NCBI GenBank assembly: GCA_050253335.1
Contig: JBFWJG010000037.1
Location: forward strand, 1-27,800
DNA length: 27,800 nt
Direction: 5' to 3'
DNA from: Deferribacterales bacterium
Lineage (GTDB): Bacteria > Chrysiogenota > Deferribacteres > Deferribacterales > Geovibrionaceae
Shown piece by piece: positions 1 to 10,139 of the stretch. The position numbers and the translations under genes were made by a program. Under the pieces are notes generated by a model. The model was not told where the DNA came from, searched no databases, and saw nothing but the letters and a program-made list of their open reading frames with translations. Each line of letters starts with the position of its first letter. Position 1 is the first letter of the stretch.

Positions 1-1
1 C

Positions 2-127
2 GGCGATAACATCAGCTGCGTGGTAGAGCTTATTACACCCATCGCAATGGATGCGGGACTTCGTTTCGCTATTCGTGAGGGTGGTAGAACAGTCGGTGCA
101 GGTGTTGTTACCGAGATTATCGAGTAA
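2..127 (+). CDS. tuf: Elongation factor Tu, C-terminal fragment (truncated by window start)
   Basis: Hand translation from base 2 gives [41 protein letters not shown], the EF-Tu C-terminal signature; lies directly upstream of rpsJ. Confidence 0.97.
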   Translation, partial: GDNISCVVELITPIAMDAGLRFAIREGGRTVGAGVVTEIIE

Positions 128-141
128 CCAAAGGTAGACGA

Positions 142-450
142 ATGGAAAGTCAAAAAATTCGTATCAAGCTTAAGGCATTCGATTTTAGAATTCTCGACAA
201 GGCAGTGAGGGATATCGTTAACACTGCCATGAGAACTGGAGCAAGGGTAGTAGGCCCCGTGCCGCTTCCCACCCGTACAGAGAAATTTACGGTTCTCCGT
301 TCTCCCCACGTTGACAAGAAAGGAAGGGAGCAGTTCGAGATCAGAACCCACAAACGTCTGATCGACATTTTTGAACACAACCCCCAGACTATCGATGCTC
401 TTATGAAGCTCGAACTTTCTGCCGGCGTCGACGTCGAGATAAAACTTTAG
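142..450 (+). CDS. rpsJ: 30S ribosomal protein S10
   Basis: [37 protein letters not shown] motifs. Confidence 0.99.
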   Translation: MESQKIRIKLKAFDFRILDKAVRDIVNTAMRTGARVVGPVPLPTRTEKFTVLRSPHVDKKGREQFEIRTHKRLIDIFEHNPQTIDALMKLELSAGVDVEIKL

Positions 451-466
451 TTGAAGGATAGTGCAG

Positions 467-1099
467 ATGGCTAGAGCAATAATCGGAAGAAAAGTAGGGA
501 TGACGCAGGTATTTACCGAAGACGGAACTCTCATCCCCGTTACAGTGGTCCAGGCTGGACCATGTGTAGTTGTTAACAAAAGAACCGTTGATAAAAACGG
601 TTACAGCGCCGTTCAGCTCGGTTTTGACAAAATTCTCAAAGAGAAAAAGGTCAACAACCCTTCTAAAGGCTATTTCAAAAAGCAGGGCGTTGACGCTCAC
701 AAGGTTCTCAAAGAGTTCCGCGTGGCTGATGACGCGGCTTTTGAAGTAGGTCAGGAAGTGAACGCCACACTCTTCGCCGAAGGCGATGTTGTGGATGTTC
801 AGGGAACTTCTATCGGTAAAGGTTTTCAGGGCGTTGTGAAGCGTTTCGGCTTCGCAGGCGGTCCTAAAACCCACGGTTCGCACTTCCATCGTGAACCCGG
901 TTCTATCGGGATGTGCGAGTTCCCCGGCGAGACTGAGAAAGGCAGGCCTATGCCCGGAAGAATGGGCGGCGACAAAATAACCGTTCAGAAACTTTCCGTA
1001 GTGAAAGTAATCCCTGAGACAAACCTTATCCTTGTGAAAGGTGCTATTCCGGGACATGACAACGGAATCGTTTTCATCAAAGAAACGGTTAAGAAGTAG
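467..1099 (+). CDS. rplC: 50S ribosomal protein L3
   Basis: GRKVGMTQVF, GKGFQGVVKR, HGSHFHREPGSIG; ATG 467 preferred over GTG 461 for spacing from GAAGGA (453-458). Confidence 0.98.
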   Translation: MARAIIGRKVGMTQVFTEDGTLIPVTVVQAGPCVVVNKRTVDKNGYSAVQLGFDKILKEKKVNNPSKGYFKKQGVDAHKVLKEFRVADDAAFEVGQEVNATLFAEGDVVDVQGTSIGKGFQGVVKRFGFAGGPKTHGSHFHREPGSIGMCEFPGETEKGRPMPGRMGGDKITVQKLSVVKVIPETNLILVKGAIPGHDNGIVFIKETVKK

Positions 1100-1107
1100 A
1101 GGCAATA

Positions 1108-1731
1108 ATGGCATCATTCGAACTTGTGAATGCAAAAAATGAGAAGGTCGGCACGGTGGAGATAAATGATTCCATCATTACCTACCCTGTAAAAACCTCG
1201 CTTATGCATGAAGTTGTAGTAATGCAGCTTGCGGGTAAAAGGGCGGGTACTCATGCCACTCTCAACAGAGCAAAAATAGAGGGCGGCGGTAAGAAGCCCT
1301 ACAAACAGAAAGGAACCGGACGCGCCAGAGCCGGCTCCATAAAATCCCCCTTGTGGCGAGGCGGTGCGACTATTTTCGGTCCGCAACCTAGGGATTACTC
1401 TTTCTCTATGCCTAAGAAAAAGATCAAGAACGCGATGAAATCTGCTCTCAGAGCAAAATATGAAGACGGCAGCCTTGTTTTTGTAGATGCCCTCAAAGTT
1501 GAGGAAGGAAAAACAAAAGAAGCTGTTGCTATTCTTAAAAATTTCAACGCGGACAGAAAAGTGCTGGTTGTCTTTAAAGAGCTTGACGAAAAGGTTGCAA
1601 GAGCATTCCGCAATATACCTTACGTAGACTTGCTTAATGTAAACGGACTCAACGTTTACGATATCATCAATTCACGTAAAATACTTGTCCTTCAGGACAG
1701 CATAGCGAGAATTGAGGAGGTTTTAGGATAA
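1108..1731 (+). CDS. rplD: 50S ribosomal protein L4
   Basis: [33 protein letters not shown]. Confidence 0.99.
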   Translation: MASFELVNAKNEKVGTVEINDSIITYPVKTSLMHEVVVMQLAGKRAGTHATLNRAKIEGGGKKPYKQKGTGRARAGSIKSPLWRGGATIFGPQPRDYSFSMPKKKIKNAMKSALRAKYEDGSLVFVDALKVEEGKTKEAVAILKNFNADRKVLVVFKELDEKVARAFRNIPYVDLLNVNGLNVYDIINSRKILVLQDSIARIEEVLG

Positions 1732-2012
1732 TGTTGACAGTTTATGACGTAATCAAGAAACCTCTTATCACCGAGAAAGCCGTTAACCTCAAAGAAGAGG
1801 AGAACAAGGTGACTTTCGCAGTTGACCCCAGAGCCAACAAGTTCCTCATTAAAGAGGCTGTTGAGACTCTTTTCAGCGTCAAAGTTGCTTCCGTGCGCAC
1901 ATTAAACTGCAAAGGGAAGAAGAAAAGGTTCGGACGCATGATGGGTAAACGTAAAGACTGGAAGAAAGCCATCATTGTTCTGGCCGAAGGTGAGAAACTC
2001 GAGTTCGTGTGA
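1731..2012 (+). CDS. rplW: 50S ribosomal protein L23
   Basis: [20 protein letters not shown] overlap with rplD. Confidence 0.98.
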   Translation: MLTVYDVIKKPLITEKAVNLKEEENKVTFAVDPRANKFLIKEAVETLFSVKVASVRTLNCKGKKKRFGRMMGKRKDWKKAIIVLAEGEKLEFV

Positions 2013-2023
2013 GAGAGGCTTAA

Positions 2024-2851
2024 ATGGGAATCAAGAAGTATAAACCTACCTCGGACGGTGTAAGGTTCAGATCAAATTCTGACTTTGCAGAGGTAACCGC
2101 GGACAAGCCTGAGAAGAGTCTGGTCGTAGCACTTAAAAAAACCGGCGGACGTAACAACCACGGTAGAATTACTACAAGACATAAAGGCGGCGGTGAGAAA
2201 AGAAAATACCGTCTGATCGACTTCAAGAGGAACAAGGATGAAATAGCCGCTAGGGTCAAGACAATAGAATATGACCCTAACAGAAGCGCAAGAATCGCTC
2301 TCGTTGCATACGAGGACGGTGAAAAAAGATATATCCTTGCTCCCATCGGAATGAATGTCGGTGATGTTATCCACAGCGGTCAGTCTGCGGATATCAAACC
2401 CGGAAACGCGAAAGCGCTGAAAGATATACCCGTCGGTACTGTAGTTCACAACGTTGAGCTCAGACCCGGAAAAGGCGGACAGCTTGCCCGTTCCGCCGGA
2501 ACATATGCACAGCTTCTTTCAAAAGAGGGCGCATACTGCCACCTCAGACTTCCTTCAGGCGAGATCAGGCTTGTTAAAGCCGAGTGCAAAGCCTCGATAG
2601 GACAGGTCAGCAACCAGGATCACGAAAACGTGAGCCTCGGTAAAGCCGGACGTTCACGCTGGCTGGGCATAAGACCTACTGTAAGAGGGGTTGCTATGAA
2701 CCCTGTGGATCACCCGCACGGCGGTGGTGAAGGCCGTACAAGCGGTGGCCGTCACCCTGTTACACCCTGGGGTAAACCCACTAAAGGTTACAAAACTCGT
2801 TCGAAAAAGAAACCTTCGAACAAGTACATTGTTTCCGCTAGGAAGAAGTGA
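2024..2851 (+). CDS. rplB: 50S ribosomal protein L2
   Basis: [30 protein letters not shown]. Confidence 0.99.
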   Translation: MGIKKYKPTSDGVRFRSNSDFAEVTADKPEKSLVVALKKTGGRNNHGRITTRHKGGGEKRKYRLIDFKRNKDEIAARVKTIEYDPNRSARIALVAYEDGEKRYILAPIGMNVGDVIHSGQSADIKPGNAKALKDIPVGTVVHNVELRPGKGGQLARSAGTYAQLLSKEGAYCHLRLPSGEIRLVKAECKASIGQVSNQDHENVSLGKAGRSRWLGIRPTVRGVAMNPVDHPHGGGEGRTSGGRHPVTPWGKPTKGYKTRSKKKPSNKYIVSARKK

Positions 2852-2863
2852 TAGGAGGAAGAT

Positions 2864-3145
2864 GTGCCTAGATCATTGAAAAAAGGACCGTTCATAGACG
2901 ACCATCTTATCAAGAAGGTCACTGCTGCTAAAGAAACAGGCGACAAGAAAGTCATCAAAACCTGGTCAAGAAGAAGCACAGTGACGCCTGATATGATCGG
3001 TCTCACTCTCGCGGTTCATAACGGTAATAAATTCATCCCCGTCTATGTGACAGAAAACATGGTCGGACACAAGCTCGGCGAGTTCGCACTTACGAGAACT
3101 TTCAAAGGGCACAAAAAGGATGATAAAAAGGTCAAGGGTAGATAA
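2864..3145 (+). CDS. rpsS: 30S ribosomal protein S19
   Basis: [27 protein letters not shown] start after AGGAGG. Confidence 0.99.
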   Translation: MPRSLKKGPFIDDHLIKKVTAAKETGDKKVIKTWSRRSTVTPDMIGLTLAVHNGNKFIPVYVTENMVGHKLGEFALTRTFKGHKKDDKKVKGR

Positions 3146-3146
3146 G

Positions 3147-3479
3147 ATGGAAGCAGTAGCACGTGCAAGATTCGTAAGATTAGTACCCAGAAAAGCACGC
3201 CCCGTCGCTGATCTCGTAAGAGGCAAAAAGGTTGACGAGGCTCTTGCTATGCTGAAGTTCACGCCCAAAAAGGCTGCTGAGTATATCTACAAAACGATAA
3301 AATCCGCTGCCGCCAATGCCGAGGAAAATCAGGACTACAGAGACGTGAGCAAGCTCTACGTCAAAGAGATCAGGATTGATGAAGGCCCGGCGTGGAAAAG
3401 GTACACTCCCAGAGCATACGGCAGAGCTTCTCTTATTCGTAAGAAGACAAGCCACATTACTGTCGTACTCTCGGATTAA
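3147..3479 (+). CDS. rplV: 50S ribosomal protein L22
   Basis: [39 protein letters not shown]; start moved to ATG 3147, just after the rpsS stop. Confidence 0.97.
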   Translation: MEAVARARFVRLVPRKARPVADLVRGKKVDEALAMLKFTPKKAAEYIYKTIKSAAANAEENQDYRDVSKLYVKEIRIDEGPAWKRYTPRAYGRASLIRKKTSHITVVLSD

Positions 3480-3490
3480 CGGAGGTTTTA

Positions 3491-4150
3491 GTGGGACACA
3501 AAGTTCACCCTTACGGGTATAGATTAGGTGTTAACAAGCCTTGGGTTTCAGTATGGTATGCCGGCAAGAAGGAGTACAGAACTAACCTTCTTGAAGACAT
3601 TAAAATACGCGAATTCCTTAAAAAAAGGCTTTTCCAGGCCGGCATAGCGGGCATCGGCATTGAGCGCATGGGCGCTAAAGTGCGCGTTACCCTCAATACA
3701 AGCAGACCCGGAATCGTGATCGGCAAAAAAGGCGCTGAGATCGAAAAGCTTAAAGTCGAGCTTAAAAAAATAACAAAAGCTGAGGTTCTTCTTGTAATCC
3801 GCGAGATCAAGAAACCTGAGATAAACGCTCAGCTCGTCGCTGAAAACATAGCTATGCAGCTTCAGAGACGTATAGCCTTCAGAAGAGCGATGAAAAAAGC
3901 GGTTCTTCAGGCTATGAAATCCGGCGCACTCGGCATTAAAGTTGCGTGCAGCGGACGTCTTGCAGGCGCTGACATGGCAAGAACTGAGTGGTACATCAAA
4001 GGCAGAGTGCCCCTTCAGACTCTCAGAGCCGACATAGACTACGGCACGACTGAAGCTCTCACTACTTACGGCATAACCGGCATTAAAGTGTGGGTTTTCA
4101 CCGGTGAGATAGTTGAAGAGAGAAACAGGGCAGCAGCAGGAGTTGAGTAA
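3491..4150 (+). CDS. rpsC: 30S ribosomal protein S3
   Basis: [39 protein letters not shown] start after GGAGG. Confidence 0.99.
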   Translation: MGHKVHPYGYRLGVNKPWVSVWYAGKKEYRTNLLEDIKIREFLKKRLFQAGIAGIGIERMGAKVRVTLNTSRPGIVIGKKGAEIEKLKVELKKITKAEVLLVIREIKKPEINAQLVAENIAMQLQRRIAFRRAMKKAVLQAMKSGALGIKVACSGRLAGADMARTEWYIKGRVPLQTLRADIDYGTTEALTTYGITGIKVWVFTGEIVEERNRAAAGVE

Positions 4151-4573
4151 ATGTTGATGCCGAAAAGAATGAAATACAGAAAACAGTTCAAGGGACGCAA
4201 CGAAGGCAAGGCCAACAAAGGCCATAAAGTGGCTTTCGGGGACTTCGGTCTTCAGTCTCTTGATAACGGACGCATAACAAGCCGCCAGATCGAATCCGCA
4301 AGGATCGCGATCAACAGGTATGTAAAAAGAGGCGGTACGGTGACTATCCGTATCTTCCCCCACAAACCCGTTACCAAAAAACCCCTCGAAGTAAGACAGG
4401 GTAAAGGTAAAGGCGCGGTTGAGTACTATGTTGCCGAAGTTAAAAACGGCACTGTCCTCTACGAGATAGCCGGTGTTACGGAAGAGCAGGCGAGAGAGGC
4501 TTTCAGGCTTGCTGCGCACAAACTTCCCGTCAGATGCAAGTTCGTATTCAGGGAAACGGAGGCTGCAGAATGA
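4151..4573 (+). CDS. rplP: 50S ribosomal protein L16
   Basis: [39 protein letters not shown]. Confidence 0.99.
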   Translation: MLMPKRMKYRKQFKGRNEGKANKGHKVAFGDFGLQSLDNGRITSRQIESARIAINRYVKRGGTVTIRIFPHKPVTKKPLEVRQGKGKGAVEYYVAEVKNGTVLYEIAGVTEEQAREAFRLAAHKLPVRCKFVFRETEAAE

Positions 4574-4767
4574 GCGAATTCAAAGATATGAGCGTGAAAG
4601 ACCTCGTTGAAAAAGAAAAACAGCTTCGTGAAGATGTTTTCAGAACCCGCTTCAAACTTGCGACAGGCGACCTTGAAGATACTTCCTCCATCAGAAAGAT
4701 GAAGAAAGACATCGCGAGGATCAAAACCGTTCTCAGCCAGCGTATGGCTGAAGGCGCAGAGCAGTAA
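4570..4767 (+). CDS. rpmC: 50S ribosomal protein L29
   Basis: [33 protein letters not shown] overlap with the rplP stop places the start at 4570. Confidence 0.96.
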   Translation: MSEFKDMSVKDLVEKEKQLREDVFRTRFKLATGDLEDTSSIRKMKKDIARIKTVLSQRMAEGAEQ

Positions 4768-4777
4768 GAGGTCTGTA

Positions 4778-5050
4778 ATGAGCGAAAAAGCAGCTAGAAA
4801 AGTTAGAAGAGGAGTTGTGGTAAGCGATAAAATGGATAAAACCGTTGTCGTAAAGGTTGAGAACCTCAGGCTTCACAGCAGATACCACAAATTCGTTAAA
4901 CAGAGCAAAAAGTTCAAGGCGCATGATGAGGCGAACGAATGCAGAATAGGCGACACTGTCGAAATCTCTGAAACACGTCCCCTCAGCAAAGATAAGTGCT
5001 GGATGGTTAAGCGCATTATCGAGCGTTCCGTTGAAGTTATTTCAGAGTAA
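4778..5050 (+). CDS. rpsQ: 30S ribosomal protein S17
   Basis: [28 protein letters not shown]. Confidence 0.99.
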   Translation: MSEKAARKVRRGVVVSDKMDKTVVVKVENLRLHSRYHKFVKQSKKFKAHDEANECRIGDTVEISETRPLSKDKCWMVKRIIERSVEVISE

Positions 5051-5062
5051 GAGGTTACAGTA

Positions 5063-5434
5063 ATGATACAGGTTGAATCACGTCTCAGAGTAGCCGACAA
5101 CTCAGGAGCCAAAGAGATTCTTTGCATAAAAGTTCTCGGAGGATCAAAAATCAGATACGGCTATGTGGGCGACATCATCGTTGCCAGCGTTAAAGAGGCC
5201 GCTCCCGATGGCAACGTTAAGAAGGGTGCTGTTGTTAAAGCAGTTATCGTTCGTACTGCCAAAGAAAGCCGCCGTAAAGACGGTACATACATCAGATTTG
5301 ATGACAATGCAGCCGTTCTTCTTAACAAAAACAATCTGGAGCCCATCGCAACAAGGGTATTCGGACCGGTTTCAAGGGACCTCAGATCAAAAGGCTTCCT
5401 TAAAATCTGCTCCATGGCTCCCGAAGTGCTTTAA
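5063..5434 (+). CDS. rplN: 50S ribosomal protein L14
   Basis: [39 protein letters not shown]. Confidence 0.99.
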   Translation: MIQVESRLRVADNSGAKEILCIKVLGGSKIRYGYVGDIIVASVKEAAPDGNVKKGAVVKAVIVRTAKESRRKDGTYIRFDDNAAVLLNKNNLEPIATRVFGPVSRDLRSKGFLKICSMAPEVL

Positions 5435-5446
5435 GGAGACGAGAAT

Positions 5447-5776
5447 ATGCAGGCAAAGTATAAACTTAAAAAAGACGACACCGTAATCGTCACCACCGGA
5501 AAGGATAAGGGCAAAATAGCCAAGATTCTCAAGGTAGACAGGAAAAACGGCAAAGTGATCCTTGAGAACACAAACGTTGTTAAAAGACACACTAAGCCCG
5601 GACCCCTGAACCCCGAAGGCGGAATCGTTGAGAAAGAGATGCCTGTAGACATATCAAACGTTATGTACTACAGCCAGAAAAGCAAAAAAGGCACAAGACT
5701 CGGCATCAAAACTCTTGATAACGGTAAAAAAGCCCGCTTCGCCAAGTGCGACGGTGAAGTCATCGATAAGGATTAA
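5447..5776 (+). CDS. rplX: 50S ribosomal protein L24
   Basis: KOW motif [31 protein letters not shown]. Confidence 0.98.
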   Translation: MQAKYKLKKDDTVIVTTGKDKGKIAKILKVDRKNGKVILENTNVVKRHTKPGPLNPEGGIVEKEMPVDISNVMYYSQKSKKGTRLGIKTLDNGKKARFAKCDGEVIDKD

Positions 5777-5778
5777 CA

Positions 5779-6333
5779 ATGGCAGAGCTTAAAGAAAAAT
5801 ACCTCAAGGAAGTTGTTCCTGCCCTCATGAAAAAATTCTCCTACGAGAACATCATGCAGGTGCCCAAAATTGAGAAGATAGTTCTCAACATGGGTCTCGG
5901 CGAAGCTGTTACGAACTCCAAGGTTGTTGACAATGCACTCAGCGATATGACTATCATCGCAGGGCAGAAACCTGTCGTGACAAGAGCCAAGAAATCCATA
6001 GCCGCTTTCAAACTCAGAGAGGGGATGCCCATAGGCTGCAAAGTTACTCTCAGAGGCGACACGGCTTATGAGTTCTTCCAGAGACTCACAAGAATCGCCC
6101 TTGCCAGGGTGAGAGACTTCAAAGGCGTAAGCGCGAAATCCTTCGACGGACGCGGCAACTATGCCATGGGTCTTAAAGAGCAGATCGTTTTTCCCGAGAT
6201 AGAGTTTGATAAAATCGACAAAATCAGAGGGATGGACATCATCATCACTACGACGGCTAAAACCGACGAGGAAGCAAGAGAACTCCTCCGCGCTCTCGGT
6301 ATGCCCTTCGAGGAGGCTGCAAGTGGCAACTAA
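5779..6333 (+). CDS. rplE: 50S ribosomal protein L5
   Basis: [45 protein letters not shown]. Confidence 0.99.
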   Translation: MAELKEKYLKEVVPALMKKFSYENIMQVPKIEKIVLNMGLGEAVTNSKVVDNALSDMTIIAGQKPVVTRAKKSIAAFKLREGMPIGCKVTLRGDTAYEFFQRLTRIALARVRDFKGVSAKSFDGRGNYAMGLKEQIVFPEIEFDKIDKIRGMDIIITTTAKTDEEARELLRALGMPFEEAASGN

Positions 6334-6508
6334 GGCTAAATATAACCATGCCTTTAAGACGAAAAAGTTTAAAGTCAGGGAATACAACCGCTGCCCCATC
6401 TGCGGCCGTCCCAGGGCTTTCCTGAGAAGATTTAACATGTGCAGGATCTGCTTCAGAAAATTTGCTCTGAAAGGCGAGATCCCCGGCGTAAGAAAATCGA
6501 GCTGGTAG
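6323..6508 (+). CDS. rpsN: 30S ribosomal protein S14, short zinc-binding (type Z) form, 61 aa
   Basis: GTG 6323 after [18 protein letters not shown]...CRICFR...[11 protein letters not shown]. Confidence 0.97.
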   Translation: MATKAKYNHAFKTKKFKVREYNRCPICGRPRAFLRRFNMCRICFRKFALKGEIPGVRKSSW

Positions 6509-6519
6509 GAGAGATACGA

Positions 6520-6918
6520 ATGAGCATGACTGATCCGATTGCTGATATGCTTGCCAGACTGCGCAACGCTTATATGGTAAAAAAATCCGAAGCGGTAATC
6601 CCTCACTCAAAAATCAAAGAGGCGATTATTGAAAACTTCAGGATGGAAGGCTACGTGAAAAGCTACCGCGTGGTTTCCGAAGAAAACCTTAAAAAAATCG
6701 TTGTGTATCTGAAATACACTGATGGCGGCGAACCTGTTATAAGGGGCCTCAAAAGAGTAAGCAAGCCCGGCAGAAGAGTATATGTAAACAACAAGAACCT
6801 TAAACCCGTTCTCGGCGGCCTTGGTAATGGTATCATCTCCACTTCCGAAGGCGTGAAAACAGTGAAACAGTGCATTTTGGATAAAGTTGGCGGAGAATAT
6901 ATCTGCCAGATTTGGTAA
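6520..6918 (+). CDS. rpsH: 30S ribosomal protein S8
   Basis: MSMTDPIADMLARLRNA, RVSKPGRRVY, IISTSEG, GGEYICQIW; start moved to 6520 after AGGAG. Confidence 0.98.
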   Translation: MSMTDPIADMLARLRNAYMVKKSEAVIPHSKIKEAIIENFRMEGYVKSYRVVSEENLKKIVVYLKYTDGGEPVIRGLKRVSKPGRRVYVNNKNLKPVLGGLGNGIISTSEGVKTVKQCILDKVGGEYICQIW

Positions 6919-6930
6919 GGGAGCGCGTAA

Positions 6931-7470
6931 ATGTCAAGAATAGGCAAGAAACCTATTACAATACCTGCAGGAGTGAAGGTCACTCTCGACGGCAATGTGT
7001 GCTGCATTGAAGGCCCGAAAGGGAAACTTGAACATGCGGTGCACGCCAGCACCGAGGTTGCTGTCGAAGCAAACACAATCACAGTTAGCAGGAAAGACGA
7101 ATCTAAGCTGTCCCGTTCTGTACACGGCCTTACTCGTACGCTTATATCAAACATGGTTGACGGCGTTACAAAAGGCTTCGAAAAGAAGCTTGAAATTCAC
7201 GGCGTAGGTTACAGAGCGGCCATTAAGGGAAAGGACCTCGACCTCTCCTTAGGGTTTTCTCACCCCGTAGTTGTTACCCCCCCCGCAGGCATCGAGTTTG
7301 CGATGGAAGGAAACACTGGCATAGTTGTCAGGGGCATAGACAAACAGCTTGTAGGTCAAACTGCCGCGAACATCAGGAAAATCAGGCAGCCCGAGCCCTA
7401 TAAAGGCAAGGGTATCAGATACGCCGGCGAGAAGATAATCAGAAAAGCCGGTAAAACTGGTAAGAGATAA
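6931..7470 (+). CDS. rplF: 50S ribosomal protein L6
   Basis: [33 protein letters not shown]. Confidence 0.99.
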   Translation: MSRIGKKPITIPAGVKVTLDGNVCCIEGPKGKLEHAVHASTEVAVEANTITVSRKDESKLSRSVHGLTRTLISNMVDGVTKGFEKKLEIHGVGYRAAIKGKDLDLSLGFSHPVVVTPPAGIEFAMEGNTGIVVRGIDKQLVGQTAANIRKIRQPEPYKGKGIRYAGEKIIRKAGKTGKR

Positions 7471-7482
7471 AGGAGCGTTATA

Positions 7483-7849
7483 GTGAGCACATTTAATAAA
7501 AAAGCTACTATAAGAAGGAAGCACGCAAGTGTGCGCAAAAAAAGTGTCAGGCACACCCTGCGCTCCCAGACTTGCGGTTACTAAATCCAACAGATTCATA
7601 TACGCTCAGATAATAGACGATACTACCGGCAACACACTTGTTGCCGCTAGTTCGCTTGAAAAAATTCTCAAAGAGAAATTCAAAGGCGTGCTTAATATTG
7701 AAGCTGCTAAGGAAGTCGGTAAAGCTATCGGCGAGCGTGCTAAGGAAAAAGGCATAGAAAAGGTGGTTTTCGACAGGGGCGGTTTTCTTTACCACGGTAG
7801 AGTAAAAGCTCTTGCAGATGCGGCTCGTGAAGCCGGCCTTGAGTTCTAG
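7483..7849 (+). CDS. rplR: 50S ribosomal protein L18, frameshifted as given (one extra A in A7 at 7537-7543)
   Basis: AAGGAG then GTG 7483 reads [20 protein letters not shown] and stops at TAA 7582-7584; the +1 frame carries [39 protein letters not shown] to TAG 7849; span 367 nt = 3n+1. Confidence 0.93.
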
Positions 7850-7859
7850 GAGGTTTGCT

Positions 7860-8363
7860 TTGAATAACACCGAGCGTCAACTTGTAGATAAAGTTGTTCA
7901 TATAGGCAGAGTTACAAAAGTTGTTAAGGGCGGCCGCATCTTCAAATTCACCGCAACTGTTGTTGTGGGTGATTATGAAGGACGTGTGGGCATTGGCTAC
8001 GGCAAAGCAAGAGAAGTGCCGGACGCTATCAAAAAAGCCCTTGAATATGCAAAGAAGAACCTCATTGAGGTTCCCGTGGTTAACGGAACAATACCCCACG
8101 CAACTGTGGGAAAATATGTTTCCACCGAAATCATCATGAAACCCGCGGCGCCCGGTACAGGTATCATCGCAGGAAGCGTTACCCGCTCTCTCCTTGAACT
8201 TGCCGGAGTGCAGAACATTCTTTGCAAAAGCACGCGCAGCAGAAACCCCTACAACTCGCTCTTCGCGATACTTGACGGTTTCAGCAAAATGCGCACCCTT
8301 AACGAAGTTGCACAGGTTAGGGGCAAAAAGATTGAAGAAATCATAGCCAAACCGGGAGAATAA
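7860..8363 (+). CDS. rpsE: 30S ribosomal protein S5
   Basis: RVTKVVKGGRIF, GYGKAREVPDAIKKA, PAAPGTGIIAG; TTG 7860 after GGAGG (7849-7853). Confidence 0.97.
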   Translation: MNNTERQLVDKVVHIGRVTKVVKGGRIFKFTATVVVGDYEGRVGIGYGKAREVPDAIKKALEYAKKNLIEVPVVNGTIPHATVGKYVSTEIIMKPAAPGTGIIAGSVTRSLLELAGVQNILCKSTRSRNPYNSLFAILDGFSKMRTLNEVAQVRGKKIEEIIAKPGE

Positions 8364-8366
8364 GTG

Positions 8367-8816
8367 ATGGAACTTCATGATCTCAGGCCCGCAGAAGGCG
8401 CCAGAAAGAAAAGAAAAAGACTTGGCCGCGGTTCTGCCAGCGGTCAGGGTACAAGTGCAGGCAAAGGTACAAAGGGACAGAAAGCACGCTCAGGCGGGAA
8501 AGTAAGACCCGGCTTTGAAGGCGGCCAGATGCCCCTTACAAGAAGACTCCCCAAAAGAGGCTTCAACAACGCCAAGTTTGCCACAGTTTATGAGATCGTT
8601 AACCTTGAAGATATAAACAACCGCTTTAAAGACGGCGATGAGGTAAATATTCTTACTCTTAAAGAGAAAGGACTTGCCCGCGGCAATAAAGACGGCATCA
8701 AGGTTCTCGGCGACGGAGAGCTCAGCAAAAAACTCAAGTTTGATGTTGAAAAAGTATCCGCTGCTGCTGCAGAGAAAATCAAAGCGGCAGGCGGAGAAAT
8801 TGTTACTCCGGAGTAA
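8367..8816 (+). CDS. rplO: 50S ribosomal protein L15
   Basis: [39 protein letters not shown] 8367 is 8 nt after GGGAG. Confidence 0.98.
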   Translation: MELHDLRPAEGARKKRKRLGRGSASGQGTSAGKGTKGQKARSGGKVRPGFEGGQMPLTRRLPKRGFNNAKFATVYEIVNLEDINNRFKDGDEVNILTLKEKGLARGNKDGIKVLGDGELSKKLKFDVEKVSAAAAEKIKAAGGEIVTPE

Positions 8817-8822
8817 TAAGGT

Positions 8823-10139
8823 ATGTTGAAGAAATTCGAGGATATTTTCTCGATACCGGAGCTGAGGAAGAGAATTTTATATACGCTTCTCTTCCTCTTC
8901 ATATACAGGATCGGCGCTCACGTGCCGACTCCTGGCATTGACGGCGGCGCACTCAGCGAGTTTTTTGCTCAACAGTCCGGAAACCTTCTCGGTTTCTTCG
9001 ACATGTTCACCGGGGGCGCCCTCTCGAAGCTTACGGTATTCGGTCTCGGCATTATGCCTTATATATCCGCTGCTATTATACTTGAGCTCCTTACAGTTGC
9101 GGTTCCGCATCTGGCGGAGCTCAAAAAGCAGGGGAACGAAGGCAGGGAAAAAATCACTAAATATACCCGCTACGGCACGGTTCTTATCAGTGCCATTCAG
9201 GGTATGGGTATCGCCATCGGTCTTGAAAGCATGACCTCCCCCAGCGGAGCTCATGTGGTAATGTTCCCCGGCTGGGGCTTCAGGATAGTCACCACAATCA
9301 CTCTCACAACAGGTACAATCTTCCTTATGTGGCTCGGTGAAAAAATTACCGAACGCGGCCTCGGAAACGGTATTTCCGTTCTGATCTTCGCCGGTATCGT
9401 GGCTTCTTTCCCGTCTGCTGTCAGCAAAACATTCACCCTTGTGCAGACAGGCGAACTTCAGATAATCACCCTTATCGTTGTTCTCGCTATAATACTCGCG
9501 GTTACAGCGGCGATAGTCTTTATGGAAACCTCCCAGCGGCGTCTGCCTATACAGCACGTCAAAAGGGCGGCGGCAGGGCCTCAGCACGGAAATGTGAACA
9601 ACTCATATCTTCCCCTCAAGCTGAACCCCGCAGGCGTTATCCCCATAATCTTCGCCATGTCGATTCTGGCTGTTCCCAGCACGCTTGCAACTTTCTCCAC
9701 TAACGAAATAGTGCAGAAAATAAGCTTCTGGTTCACTCCCAGCTCGGCAATGTATTATGTCTTCTCGCTTGTAATGATCATTTTCTTCACCTATTTCTAC
9801 ACTTCGATCATCTTCAACCCGACTGACATAGCGGAAAACATCAACAAAGGCGGCGGCGTTATCCCCGGCAAAAGACCTGGCGAGCACACTGCCGCATTCA
9901 TAGATTATGTTCTTTCAAGGCTGACTTTCGTAGGCGCTATTTATCTTTCTGCGGTTGCGCTTCTGCCCCAGCTGTTCATATCAGGATTCAATGTTCCCTT
10001 CTATTTCGGCGGAACAAGCCTTCTGATCGTGATCGGCGTGGGTATGGACGTAATAAGCAAGATAGAGACTCACCTTGTTTCTCACAACTACGACGGCTTC
10101 CTTAAAAAGGGCAGAATTAAAGGGAGAAGCCTCATATGA
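8823..10139 (+). CDS. secY: Preprotein translocase subunit SecY
   Basis: LGIMPYISA, WLGEKITERGLGNGIS, AGVIPIIFA, IPGKRPG, FGGTSLLI; multiple hydrophobic helices. Confidence 0.99.
   Translation: MLKKFEDIFSIPELRKRILYTLLFLFIYRIGAHVPTPGIDGGALSEFFAQQSGNLLGFFDMFTGGALSKLTVFGLGIMPYISAAIILELLTVAVPHLAELKKQGNEGREKITKYTRYGTVLISAIQGMGIAIGLESMTSPSGAHVVMFPGWGFRIVTTITLTTGTIFLMWLGEKITERGLGNGISVLIFAGIVASFPSAVSKTFTLVQTGELQIITLIVVLAIILAVTAAIVFMETSQRRLPIQHVKRAAAGPQHGNVNNSYLPLKLNPAGVIPIIFAMSILAVPSTLATFSTNEIVQKISFWFTPSSAMYYVFSLVMIIFFTYFYTSIIFNPTDIAENINKGGGVIPGKRPGEHTAAFIDYVLSRLTFVGAIYLSAVALLPQLFISGFNVPFYFGGTSLLIVIGVGMDVISKIETHLVSHNYDGFLKKGRIKGRSLI

Noticed and set aside
5760..5900. Possible S8 autoregulatory site at the rplX-rplE junction, as in E. 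coli
   Set aside because: I could not identify a convincing hairpin by eye
7529..7849. 106-aa L18 starting at GTG 7529 as the real gene
   Set aside because: It lacks the basic N-terminal tail, which is encoded upstream in another frame behind a strong SD
3120..7859. Extended ORF-track starts for rplV (3120), rpmC (4534), rpsN (6206), rpsH (6439) and rpsE (7812)
   Set aside because: The extensions overlap upstream genes; SD position and family N-termini support 3147, 4570, 6323, 6520 and 7860
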